A DNA stretch of 64,000 bases from Candidatus Thorarchaeota archaeon (GTDB lineage: Archaea > Asgardarchaeota > Thorarchaeia > Thorarchaeales > Thorarchaeaceae). The stretch spans positions 32,001 through 96,000 of the forward strand of contig CAVSBO010000018.1 in the NCBI GenBank assembly GCA_963726195.1. Reading direction: 5' to 3'. Positions 51,530 through 61,003 of the stretch are shown here, one piece after another (position 1 is the first letter of the stretch; the number at the start of each line of letters is the position of its first letter). Made by a program: the position numbers and the translations under genes. The notes under the pieces are model-generated. The model was not told where the DNA came from and made no database searches. It saw nothing but the letters and a program-made list of their open reading frames with translations.

Positions 51530-54160
51530 CTACTTCTGCTCTTCCTTCTCCTTCAGAATTGCCTCTACTCTAGATAGCCTATCCTTCAGCTCCTTGTTCT
51601 CCTTTTCGAGTGATTCGACGGACTTCCTTATTGAGTCAAGCTCTGTGACGTCCTTCTTCTTTCCGAGCGCTCTGATCGCCTCTCTTGCAGAGCGTACGAC
51701 GCGTCCCTCGACTTGGCTATCGGAGATGTTCTGCAATGTAGGAATAAGGGCGGCATCACCGTATGCCTTGGCGGCACGAAGTGCACCTATTACGACACGG
51801 AAGGACTTGTCCAGAAGGAGTCTCTCAAGGTCAGACTTTACTTCGGGCCGCTCTTTCTTGTATCGCTTGCCCAGACGTGCCAGCAACCCGGGGATGATCC
51901 TTCTGATTTCGTCGGGGTTGCCGGGCTCTAAGAAGGGCTTGATGATATCGATTACTTCCTCTTTCTCAGTCTCAACAAGACCATTCAGATACCCTTGCTG
52001 TACGGTGTACTGCCAGCCCGGTTCAGCTGTTTTCAGGCCATCTCTAAGCAATTCAAAAGCATCATCATGTTGAGTCTTGCCTATGGATGTTGCCGCGGCT
52101 GCTACAACGAAGTAACTCTCCTGATCTTCGAGCATCTCCTTCAGTGCTTGGAATGCCTTATCGCTTCGATAGAACTGGCCCAAGGCGGTTGCCACCGCAG
52201 TCCGCGCTCTCGTGTTTGTCAGATTGGTAGCCTTTAGGAGCTCGTCAAGTGCTGATTCGGTCTTCAGGGAGCCGAGAACCTTGGCGATTTCGAACTGTAC
52301 ACCCCAGAACTTGTCTTCACGGAGTGCCTTTCCGAGTGCTTCTATGCTCTTGGGCGATGCCTTCTTTCCAAGAGCCTGTGCAGCCCTAATCCTCTGCATT
52401 ACGCTAGTCCCGTTCAGAAGCTGCTCAATCAACATGGACTCCGGTGCATCGATAGTCGCATCCATCAGGACGGAATAGTCGGGATCAACCACTATCTGCT
52501 TAGGTTTCTTCTTCACCGGATAGTAGAAGGAGTGAATCCGTTCAGTTACTTGCATGGTGTATCTCACACGGTTATTGTCATCGTCTACGAATTCTACGAC
52601 AAACGGAAACATGAAGACATCCGGCGTCATGCCATCTCCTTTCTGGGTTTGTTCGATTTTGACCAAAGCATGACCACTCTTCTCATCATGCGAACAGGTG
52701 ATCTTGCATTCAGGATAACCTGCCTTGTACAGCCACTGCTCGAAGAACCATCCAAAGTCCTCTCCGGTCATCTCCGAGAAGAGTTCCTCGAGGTTGTGAG
52801 TGTAGACGGAGTGAAAGGAATAGCGGCCCAGCCATTCCCCAAGAATCTTCCACCATCTCTCTTCTCCGACAAGATGCTTCAGCATGTAGTATCTCCAAGC
52901 CCCTCCCGGGTAAAGGTGTCTGTCAAAGACATCTCCTCCTCGTTCCCATTCGTTCTGTACTATTGGTCGTCTGTAACTCTCCTTGTCTTCTTCGAAGTAG
53001 GATAGCTGCTTACCGTACTGCTCGTACAGATACTCGTCGTCTCCCTTGTCATGGCGCTTCCATTCGTTCTGCATCTGAGTAGCCCAACCTTCGTTGAGCC
53101 AACCGTGAGACCACGTACGGCAGGTAACAAGATCGCCGCCCCACGTGTGCGCGAGCTCATGTGAAACCAGACCATCCGAATCAATATCCAAGTGAGCTTT
53201 CTCATCATGTAGTGTCGCGTCCGTGAGAGTCGTGGCGCTCACGTTCTCCATACCGCCGTAGATGAAATTCGCCACGACGACCTGAGCATACTTATCCCAT
53301 GGGAATTTGACACCGAGTTTCTCGCTAAAGAACCGAATCATCTCGGGTGTCTTTTCAAACGAGCGGTATACGGTCTCCCTGTCCCACTTGGAATGTGCAT
53401 AGTAACTTACTTCAAGCCCATCGAGGTCCTCCTTGTACTCCACAAACTGGGAGACCGCGATTGTAATCAGATAGGCAGGCATCCTTTTCTCGTTCAGCCA
53501 GTGAAATGTTTCCGTTCCATCACCATTGTTCTTTCTGTCCATGAGGACCCCGTTTGACATTACATAGAAGCCCTCAGGCACTGTCACGAAGGTCTCGACG
53601 GAGTGCTTGTGGCTGGGGTTATCATAAATGGGTACAACATAGCGGGCGTAATCATCCTGTAGCTGGGTCCACGCGCTGGTCTCAACACTGGGAAACTCGG
53701 GGCATGGCTTGGTGAAGAACAGACCGGCCCTTGGATGGTCTATGGTGTAGGTGAATATCAGTTCCTCCTTCTCTCCCTCTGAAAGGTGGTTGGTCAATAG
53801 CACCACTAGGTGCTCGTCTTCCGCTCGAAGCTCCCACTCCAACTCGTTATCCTGTGAGTCCCTCACTCCACTGACATTGAGTTCTGCTGCGTGTAGAACT
53901 ACTTGGCCCAAATCGGGCACAATTGATTTGATTCTCAGCTTGGATATAGCATCTACATGCTCTCTCTCTAGGTCCATTTTCCAATCTATGACAAGATGCT
54001 CCACGTCGTAATGGCGTGGTGGAGCCCATTGGGGATGGGCCGTGGGAAAGGCAAAGGGCTCGCGATCTGCGAGCAATTCCATTTCTGCTTCACGGATATC
54101 ACCACGGATTAAAGATTCAAGATAACGATGGAAGTCGGTCATAGTACTACACCTATTCAT
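51530..54160 (-). CDS. M1 family aminopeptidase with HEAT repeats and C-terminal coiled coil
   Basis: GGMEN and HELAH-x18-E (WLNEG), HEAT repeats, terminal heptads. Confidence 0.93.
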   Translation of the reverse strand: MNRCSTMTDFHRYLESLIRGDIREAEMELLADREPFAFPTAHPQWAPPRHYDVEHLVIDWKMDLEREHVDAISKLRIKSIVPDLGQVVLHAAELNVSGVRDSQDNELEWELRAEDEHLVVLLTNHLSEGEKEELIFTYTIDHPRAGLFFTKPCPEFPSVETSAWTQLQDDYARYVVPIYDNPSHKHSVETFVTVPEGFYVMSNGVLMDRKNNGDGTETFHWLNEKRMPAYLITIAVSQFVEYKEDLDGLEVSYYAHSKWDRETVYRSFEKTPEMIRFFSEKLGVKFPWDKYAQVVVANFIYGGMENVSATTLTDATLHDEKAHLDIDSDGLVSHELAHTWGGDLVTCRTWSHGWLNEGWATQMQNEWKRHDKGDDEYLYEQYGKQLSYFEEDKESYRRPIVQNEWERGGDVFDRHLYPGGAWRYYMLKHLVGEERWWKILGEWLGRYSFHSVYTHNLEELFSEMTGEDFGWFFEQWLYKAGYPECKITCSHDEKSGHALVKIEQTQKGDGMTPDVFMFPFVVEFVDDDNNRVRYTMQVTERIHSFYYPVKKKPKQIVVDPDYSVLMDATIDAPESMLIEQLLNGTSVMQRIRAAQALGKKASPKSIEALGKALREDKFWGVQFEIAKVLGSLKTESALDELLKATNLTNTRARTAVATALGQFYRSDKAFQALKEMLEDQESYFVVAAAATSIGKTQHDDAFELLRDGLKTAEPGWQYTVQQGYLNGLVETEKEEVIDIIKPFLEPGNPDEIRRIIPGLLARLGKRYKKERPEVKSDLERLLLDKSFRVVIGALRAAKAYGDAALIPTLQNISDSQVEGRVVRSAREAIRALGKKKDVTELDSIRKSVESLEKENKELKDRLSRVEAILKEKEEQK

Positions 54161-54410
54161 GCATTTAATTCATCGAGCTGCTAGGAAGGAATACCGCTCT
54201 GGATGTTAATCTAGCCTGTCTCGGGCCTGAAATAAACTCTATCATCTCTGTTTGAGGCTCGCGTGCCTGAATTGCGGCTCTTGTGAGGAATGAGAAGGCC
54301 TCTAAGGCTCCCTTCAAGGAGCATTTCTTAGGCGAATGCCCTCTCCGACAATCCTGAGCACAGATGGACCAGCCACCACGGAAAGGCATGCTCCGGACTT
54401 CAAGCCACTT

Positions 54411-54425
54411 GGAAAGCTTTTTATT
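54411..54425 (+). promoter_or_regulatory. Putative BRE/TATA promoter of the 16S transcript
   Basis: GGAAAGCTTTTTATT (purine-rich BRE plus TATA-like box) about 310 nt upstream of the mature 16S. Confidence 0.55.
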
Positions 54426-54588
54426 GTATCGGGGGATTGTATGGTTGCTTCGCGTCATACGGTGTCAGGTCTGATGCAGAAGGCGAATGCCGAGCGATGA
54501 TGACCGGTGCCTCCAAGCGCGATCAAATGATGCGGACCGGAGATAGACCGGCGCACGGTTGTGCCGGAATGCCCTCGGGTCTAAGACA

Positions 54589-54647
54589 TGCTCAACAGTG
54601 TGCAGGCTAGATGGGTAGGCTCTCCTAGCTATCCACTACGCCTGTAC
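54589..54647 (+). other. 5' strand of the pre-16S processing stem
   Basis: TGCTCAACAGTG, GGGTAGG, TCTCCT, GCTATCCAC and GTAC are complementary to CACTGTTGAGCA, CTTGCCC, AGGGGA, GTGGATAGC and GTAC at 56356-56411. Confidence 0.85.
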
Positions 54648-55611
54648 TTCATCAAGCTCACTCAAAGTGTGCATAAACGTGCATGACGGTCGAACCTAGT
54701 TCGATTTACCTTGCCGGTCATGTGCGATATCGGGATGACTCTAGTCGATCCTGCTAGAGGGCACTGCTATCGACTTGGGGCTAAGACATGCAAGTGGAAC
54801 GAACTCGCATCCGAGTTCGTCGCGAACGGCTCAGTAGTGTCGTTAACTTACCCTGTGGAGGTGGATAACGCCGGGAAACTGGCGGTAATACACCGTAGGA
54901 GCGTCGTTCTGGAAATGATGTTGCTCTGAAATGGCGGTCCTAGGCATGTGGGATCGTCCGCCGCAGGACGGGACGGCACCGGATCATACTTGTAAGTGGG
55001 GTAATGGCCCACTTAGGTTTTGACCCGAACGGGCGATGTAAGTCGTGGCCCGGAGAGGGGCACTGAGACAAGGGCCCCAGCCCCACGGGGTGCAGCAGTT
55101 ACGAAACCTCAACAATGCGCGAAAGCGCGATTGGGCCAAGTCGAGTGATGGGGGATAACTCCATCTGTAGTGGATCCTTAGTACGGACCACCAGAAAGGA
55201 GAGGGCAAGGCTGGTGCCAGCCGCCGCGGTAAAACCAGCTCTTCGAGCGGTGCCCACAATTATTGAGCTTAAAGCGTCCGTAGCCTGTTTGGTAGGTCCC
55301 TGCTCAAATCCGGCCGCTCAACGGTCGGACTGGTAGGGATACCGCCTTGCTGGGGGACGGGAAACGGCGACGGTATTCCACAGGTAAGGGTGAAATCTTA
55401 TGATCTGTGGAGGACCACCAGTGGCGAAGGCGGTCGCCGAGAACGTGCCCGACGGTGAGGGACGAAACCCAGGGGAGCAAAGCGGATTAGATACCCGCGT
55501 AGTCCTGGGCGTAAACGATGCCCGTTAAGTGTTGCATTGGCCACGAGCCACTGCGGTGCTGAAGCGAAAGCGATAAACGGGCCGCTTGGGAAGTACGGTC
55601 GCAAGGCTGAA

Positions 55612-55681
<70 letters not shown>

Positions 55682-56243
55682 GCTTGCGGTTTAATTGGAC
55701 TCAACGCCGGAAAACTTACCCGGCCAGACAGCCGAATGAGAGCCAGACTGACGATCTTGCTCGACGAGCTGAGAGCTGGTGCATGGCCATCGCAAATTCG
55801 TGCCGTGAGGTATCAGCTTAAGTGCTGCAACGAATGAGATCCCTGCCACGTAGTTGCCAGCCGGGGGTACAAACCCCGTCGGGGCACACTACGGGGACCG
55901 CCAGCGATAAGCTGGAGGAAGGTGGGGGCCACGGTAGGTCAGTATGCCGCGATATGGCCGGGGCCACACGCGTGCTACAATGGCAGCGACAATGCGTCAC
56001 AACACCGAGAGGTGAAGTCAATCGCCAAACGCTGCCGTAGTTGGAATTGTGGGTTGGAACTCATCCACATGAACCTGGAATCCCTAGTATCCGCGTCTCA
56101 CTACGGCGCGGAGAATATGTCCCCGCTTCTTGCACACACCGCCCGTCGCTCCATGCGAGCGGCCTTGGGGTGAGGCGGCGTCCATAGGATGCTAACGAAT
56201 CTTGAGGTCGCAAGTAGGGAGAAGTCGTAACAAGGTATCCGTA

Positions 56244-56439
56244 GCGGAAGCTGCGGATGGAAGAAGATGAGATTTCCTCACCTTCCATCAATCACCTCCT
56301 ATGCTTTCTACCATAGAGGTAGAAGCGGCTTGTTTCTGCTCTTCGGAGCAGAGGGGTACTGGCGGGTGGATAGCGTACAAGGGGACTTGCCCTAACTGGC
56401 ACTGTTGAGCACCCTATTTCTTTCGCACAGGTTTGTCAT
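56244..56439 (+). repeat. Repeat copy R1 (native 16S 3' end plus trailer/processing strand)
   Basis: 196-nt block repeated at 58778-58973. Confidence 0.95.
56262..56291 (+). other. 30-nt BHB intron in 16S between GGA and UCACCUCCU (E. coli ~1531/1532)
   Basis: G-GATG-[GA|A]-GAAG...CTTC-CATC-[AA|T]-C. Removal restores GCGGATGGATCACCTCCT. Confidence 0.85.
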
Positions 56440-56494
56440 GTCCAGTGCAGGAGCTGCTTGATTCTTCGGGGTGCTGTTAGCATAAAGCCGCTGG

Positions 56495-56959
56495 TTATCC
56501 TTCTGTTGCGATTCGCCTGCTCAATGCTCGGGCTCTTGCCAGTTCTTCCGTTGGTGAGTCGTCGTTACAACTGTCCATGTAGTGTTGGTAGGCATCGATG
56601 CTTTCCTTGATGTAGTCCCCTGCCTCGGCGAGGTCTTTCTTGCGCTTGGTAATCCTTGCGAGTTCGTACGGGGTCCTAGCCAGGTCGAGTTCCAAGATTG
56701 GGTCTTGCTTGATTAAGTCCCTAATCAATGTCAGCTTCTTTTCGAGGTCAGTACGAGTTGTCCCGAGCTTCATTATGTCTTCAAGCTGAATTTCATGCAG
56801 AATTCGTGCCAGACTTGCAAGAAGCTGGGGGTAGTTCTCGACCCTTTTCTTGGTTGCATGCTCTTCGAAATAGTCTTTGGCGAAGTTGGAAATAGCGATC
56901 TTTGCTTCTCTCGTGGCGCTCCTCATTGTCCAAGAGTGTGTGGGGTCGACTTGATTCAA
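56495..56959 (-). CDS. Helical hypothetical protein (TPR-like), possibly N-truncated
   Basis: ORF with LARTPYELARI...AGDYIKESIDAY helical pattern. Confidence 0.55.
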   Translation of the reverse strand: MNQVDPTHSWTMRSATREAKIAISNFAKDYFEEHATKKRVENYPQLLASLARILHEIQLEDIMKLGTTRTDLEKKLTLIRDLIKQDPILELDLARTPYELARITKRKKDLAEAGDYIKESIDAYQHYMDSCNDDSPTEELARARALSRRIATEG

Positions 56960-56979
56960 AACCGCGTATCGCAGACGTT

Positions 56980-57621
56980 TCAGAGTCTTCTTCTGAGGTA
57001 CGCGACCGATAATACTAGGACAACAGCCCCGGCTAGCACTCCACCTGCCAAGAGGTTCACTGGCATACCTTCTGAAGTTGAGGTGGGAGTCGAGGATTGT
57101 GTACGATACAGTGCACAGTAGGAGTAATTGACAGTATCAGATATGCTCCATCTGCCAAGGCTGTCCTGTGCATAATACTCCACGTTCCACACTTTCAGCC
57201 TGTGATCTGGGTCTAAGACAAACGTGGTAGCATTCGCATAATACGAGTATACTTCGGTATACTTGGAATTGTTGACGGCCCAGGTGCCCATGTAGGTCAT
57301 GGTAACGTTCGTCCAAGTGGGGTCAGCATTGTCCTTGTAGCTGCCTATGGTCAAGTTCATCCCATTTGAATCCCCTATCCACACGGAAAGTTCGAGGACG
57401 AAACTCCAGGGAAGGGGTCTCGTATCTGCAGTCGTATCAACTATCAATCCAGAAAGGTCGACGAAGATAGGGCCCTCAGAGTTTGAACAGGCAAATGCTT
57501 TCGCATTTGTTGCAATAGGGGGCGCAACGAATAGGAGGGAGACGAGGACTGGTAGAACAAACATCGCGCACCTGATTCCACTAGCATAGATTCGCATGTT
57601 TACCACCGTTGCACTACCCAC
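56980..57621 (-). CDS. Surface protein with signal peptide, S/T linker and C-terminal TM anchor
   Basis: Hydrophobic N-terminus, YYAQDSLGRWS (Ig-like strand), STPTSTS, TM plus RRRL. Confidence 0.75.
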   Translation of the reverse strand: MGSATVVNMRIYASGIRCAMFVLPVLVSLLFVAPPIATNAKAFACSNSEGPIFVDLSGLIVDTTADTRPLPWSFVLELSVWIGDSNGMNLTIGSYKDNADPTWTNVTMTYMGTWAVNNSKYTEVYSYYANATTFVLDPDHRLKVWNVEYYAQDSLGRWSISDTVNYSYCALYRTQSSTPTSTSEGMPVNLLAGGVLAGAVVLVLSVAYLRRRL

Positions 57622-57802
57622 GCAAGATGAGTAGTCCAGCTGCTTGCCGCATAGTGCGGCGTAGCCCAGTCTCTCTGATCAATTGTAAAGTACATATCAG
57701 TCTTGTAGCCACTATGTATGTTCGTGCGCTTTGATATACATTTGTCGATTTGCGAAGGCTTGGCGCGTCTCTTGTATGAAGCATGTGCAGTTAAGATTGG
57801 TA

Positions 57803-57859
57803 GTACTGGCGGGTGGATAGCGTACAATGGGACTTGCCTAACTGGCACTGTTGAGCACC
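57803..57859 (+). repeat. Repeat copy R2 (16S 3' processing-stem strand)
   Basis: GTACTGGCGGGTGGATAGCGTACAATGGGACTTGCC-TAACTGGCACTGTTGAGCACC matches 56356-56413 with 1 substitution and 1 deletion. Confidence 0.95.
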
Positions 57860-57953
57860 TGTTCGTTTTCCTAGGAACCAAACTTGCTCCTGTGCATGTT
57901 GGGAGCGCTTCTTTCGCATGGTTAGTGCCTGAGTCTCTCTATGCTATGCACGC

Positions 57954-58371
57954 TTACATCGCAGTCGGGTCGAGCCGAGTCAACCCCTTTATTCTGTCAT
58001 AGACCTGATCCGTGGAGGCAATGGTATGGTCTGGATTGTCTTCGCTGAGTGAAACTGCTGCGTAGATTGCATCAAAGATGGATGGCAATTGGTAGTTCTC
58101 CAGAAGAAACAATGCGGCTGAGCTGATGGTCAATCGTTGTCGGAACAACTGATAGATTGGGGAACGCCACGATGTGACTCATGACGTCTCGAACTGAGGC
58201 CACGCCAGTGATGTTCCTCAAGACGTAGTACAGCTCAATCGAGAAGGCACTAGGGATTACGACATTGCCTAACTCTCCATTTCTTATCTTTGAGAACAAG
58301 CGAATTGCATGGGGCTTGAGGTAGTCTTCTTTCTTGTAGAAAGCCAGAATCATATCATTCTCAATCAACAC
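57954..58371 (-). CDS. vapC: PIN-domain toxin VapC, frameshift near 58130
   Basis: LIENDMILAF...IELYYVL in one frame, then SIFDAIYAA...IASTDQVYDRI in the next. Confidence 0.85.
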
Positions 58372-58636
58372 TCCGACTCTTCCTCCGCCATCTCTTGGAC
58401 ACATCCTTGGTAGCCTCAGTTTCTCCCTGTTGGAGAAGCTCAGCAATGGAACCCTGAACATCCAATTCAGGCTTCTCAGAGGGCACCGGAAAGAGAATAT
58501 GGTAGGCTCCGAGACTGAGGAGAAGGAATGTATCTCCCTCTAGTGCAGCTTTCTTTGGGATTCTGATGCGTCTCTGACCATCCATTCGAACTCTTGCTAT
58601 CATAAAGAACATCTCGAATAGTGATATAACTGACAT
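58361..58636 (-). CDS. vapB: AbrB/MazE-type antitoxin VapB (likely start ~58603)
   Basis: VRMDGQRRIRIPK swapped-hairpin motif. Overlaps the vapC start. Confidence 0.8.
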   Translation of the reverse strand: MSVISLFEMFFMIARVRMDGQRRIRIPKKAALEGDTFLLLSLGAYHILFPVPSEKPELDVQGSIAELLQQGETEATKDVSKRWRRKSRSVD

Positions 58637-58777
58637 GATATAAGGATGTGGATGAAATACGCAGTTTGTGGACGAAATGCCGCTTTTTCACCAATCTATC
58701 GTCGTGCCAGAAATCAACGCTGCCAGAACATGAAATGTGGTACGGTCTAGGCCGCGCGAAGGGCCACTCCTTTTGCT

Positions 58778-58973
58778 GCGGAAGCTGCGGATGGAAGAAG
58801 ATTAGATTTCCTCGTCCTCCATCAATCACCTCCTGTGTTTTCTACCATAGAGGTAGAAGCGGCTTGTTTCTGCTCTTCGGAGCAGAGGGGTACTGGCGGG
58901 TGGATAGCGTACAAGGGGACTTGCCCTAACTGGCACTGTTGAGCACCCTCTTTCTTATTCACAGGTTTGTCAT
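58778..58973 (+). repeat. Repeat copy R3 (16S helix-45 3' half, intron, anti-SD and trailer)
   Basis: Direct copy of 56244-56439. 58839-58949 is identical to 56305-56415. Confidence 0.97.
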
Positions 58974-59016
58974 TCTTAGTGTGCAAGCTGTTTGATGTCT
59001 GTAGGCGATGTTGACG

Positions 59017-59301
59017 TTAGGGTACCGGTTGGCTTACTCTCTCGATTGCCTGAAGTACTTCGTCCACCTTCTTCTGAGAGAGAATCGTTCTGACCGCATC
59101 AAGTTCGAGCCGATTTCTTATTATGACACCTATCTTATTGATTGGATTTCCGCTCTTGTCAATCGGATTGACCTCAATAGCTAGATAGGCTGGTTCATCC
59201 TTTGATTGAGGTATCTTTCTGATGAATATCCCGGGCTCGGTAGTCCTCATGCGTTCGAATCTTCTTCCGTGCTTGAGCATATCTCTCAGTGATTCTTCCA
59301 T
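59017..59301 (-). CDS. Small hypothetical protein (94 aa)
   Basis: ATG preceded by the SD-like GGTGA. Protein-like composition (GIFIRKIP...YLAIEVNP). Confidence 0.75.
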   Translation of the reverse strand: MEESLRDMLKHGRRFERMRTTEPGIFIRKIPQSKDEPAYLAIEVNPIDKSGNPINKIGVIIRNRLELDAVRTILSQKKVDEVLQAIERVSQPVP

Positions 59302-59390
59302 TCAAATCACCCGGTCATCCTAGTTGTAAGGTGTGCGCAGAGCTCCGACTCTCTTGTACCATTTGGTATATCGACTCAGGTCTTAGTCTT

Positions 59391-59408
59391 ACTGTCACTG
59401 TTGAGCAC
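59391..59408 (+). repeat. Repeat copy R4 (short core)
   Basis: ACTGTCACTGTTGAGCAC matches ACTGGCACTGTTGAGCAC at 17 of 18 positions. Confidence 0.75.
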
Positions 59409-59495
59409 TGTCTATGTTCTTGTGCATTGAATCAACATTAGTCCATGTCAGAAGGTCTGCGTAATGCAGCCATGCCTTGAGCTCTGGCGGACTCT

Positions 59496-60938
59496 CTAGC
59501 TCAGCTTCTTGGCTCTCTGCTTGATTATGTCCCTCATCTTGGCCTCAACATCTTTGTCCAGCGGTGGTATCTTATGGGTCTCAAGAATCCTCTTGACTTT
59601 CTCCTTGGCTCGCTGGACTATGTCTTTCGATCCTTTTGCTTCCCAGTCTGGTCTCGAAGTCCTATCAGTAATCCAAGGTTGCCAGTATTCCTCTCCGACA
59701 TACTTCCTAGAGAACTCAAGAGCATCATCGTTTGTGAAATGATTGCTATCGTGTCCGACTTTGTCTATGATATCGACCGCTAGAGTCTCTTTCGTTACTT
59801 TGATGCCCTCTGCAATTCGTTTGATTGCCCCACAGATTTCATTGCTGATTGCGAACTGCTCATAGGAAGCAGTTATTCCCGTCTCGACGATTCCATAGAC
59901 TGCGTCATGCACGACATCGGCACCGGCCAGAGTGGCAACGAGCACATTCAGAGCATTCTCGTATGCGGCTTGGGAATCCGGAACCTTCGAGTCGCTAATG
60001 CCACAGGCCCCGTAGTATGGAATGCCATAGTAATGGGCCATTTGACACATTGCAGCATGAATCAGACCATTCTCTGGTGCCCCATACGCGGCAGTGCCAT
60101 GTCTCTGGTCTAGGATTGTGCCGCCTGAGCCCCACATGATAGGGGTTCCAGAACCGACGAGTTCTGTAATCACGACGACCGTATGATTCTCTGCTATGCC
60201 CTGTACGATTGATCCTGCAAGCGTAGCCGGAGCACTTGCGCCAGACAGCAAACCTGTGCTGATGTCAAATGGAATTCTGTATTTCGCGCATTCAAGGATT
60301 ATGTCGATAATGTTTGCGGTATACTTGAGTGGGGGAACACTATTGAGACCCGTGTCAATCCAAATCGGATTCCTGACGAATTCCTCTTCTCCGCCGACGA
60401 ATATCTTCGCCATTTCAATGATGTCTCTGAATGCCTGTAAGCTTGTTGCAAAGAAGCTGCTGTGCTTCTCAGTGTTCTTGAGCATCGAGAGAGCCATCGT
60501 TTGTTCCTTTATGCCATCGGGTACGTCCTGCGGGATTATGTTCGCCTTTACATAATCGACAGTAGGGAAGTAGTCTGAGAGAAGCGTAAACTCCTCCAAG
60601 TCTTTCAATGTCGAAGGCCTGCGTTCACCGGTCTCCAAGTCATATGTGTACTGTGCTCCGAAGGCGTTCGTGTAATAAGAGCCGCCGTCACCTACCACGA
60701 AGTTGTGTTTCGGGTTTCGCGCCTTCATGAGATGACGACTCGGGGTCTTCTTGAGGGCTTCGCGAACGAGGAATTCCGGGATTTTGGCCACTTTCTTCCT
60801 TTCATCAATGATTGCTCCGGCTTCCCCAAGAATCCGAAGAGCTTCTTCGTGTTGAATCAGTATGCCAGTTCTTTCAAGAACCTCCATCGCAGCCAAGTGT
60901 ATTGCATGAATGTCGTCACGACTCATCAGTTCAAACAT
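59496..60938 (-). CDS. Trimethylamine methyltransferase (MttB) superfamily, non-pyrrolysine member
   Basis: PATLAG, GAPE, SDSKVPDSQAAYE, GIVETG. No in-frame TAG (Ile at the Pyl-equivalent site). GGAGGAG SD before ATG 60938. Confidence 0.9.
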   Translation of the reverse strand: MFELMSRDDIHAIHLAAMEVLERTGILIQHEEALRILGEAGAIIDERKKVAKIPEFLVREALKKTPSRHLMKARNPKHNFVVGDGGSYYTNAFGAQYTYDLETGERRPSTLKDLEEFTLLSDYFPTVDYVKANIIPQDVPDGIKEQTMALSMLKNTEKHSSFFATSLQAFRDIIEMAKIFVGGEEEFVRNPIWIDTGLNSVPPLKYTANIIDIILECAKYRIPFDISTGLLSGASAPATLAGSIVQGIAENHTVVVITELVGSGTPIMWGSGGTILDQRHGTAAYGAPENGLIHAAMCQMAHYYGIPYYGACGISDSKVPDSQAAYENALNVLVATLAGADVVHDAVYGIVETGITASYEQFAISNEICGAIKRIAEGIKVTKETLAVDIIDKVGHDSNHFTNDDALEFSRKYVGEEYWQPWITDRTSRPDWEAKGSKDIVQRAKEKVKRILETHKIPPLDKDVEAKMRDIIKQRAKKLS

Positions 60939-61003
60939 AGATTCTCCTCCTGTTCTTTCGTCACCCTTCTCTTGCGCCCGCAGTTTGGCAAAACAGACCG
61001 GAA

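Noticed and set aside
54470-54590. C/D box sRNA in the 16S leader (ATGATGA)
   Set aside because: No suitably placed downstream CTGA D box. More simply part of the 5' external spacer.
58778-58834. A second 16S rRNA gene
   Set aside because: Only the last ~57 nt (including the intron) are present. Upstream sequence is not rRNA.
56356-59408. Repeats as a CRISPR array
   Set aside because: Repeat lengths are unequal, the spacers are 0.4-1.4 kb and contain genes, no cas genes are present, and the repeat is the rRNA processing strand.
59496-60938. Pyrrolysine or selenocysteine recoding
   Set aside because: MttB has no in-frame TAG. The split genes change frame rather than read through a TGA/TAG, and no SECIS was recognised.
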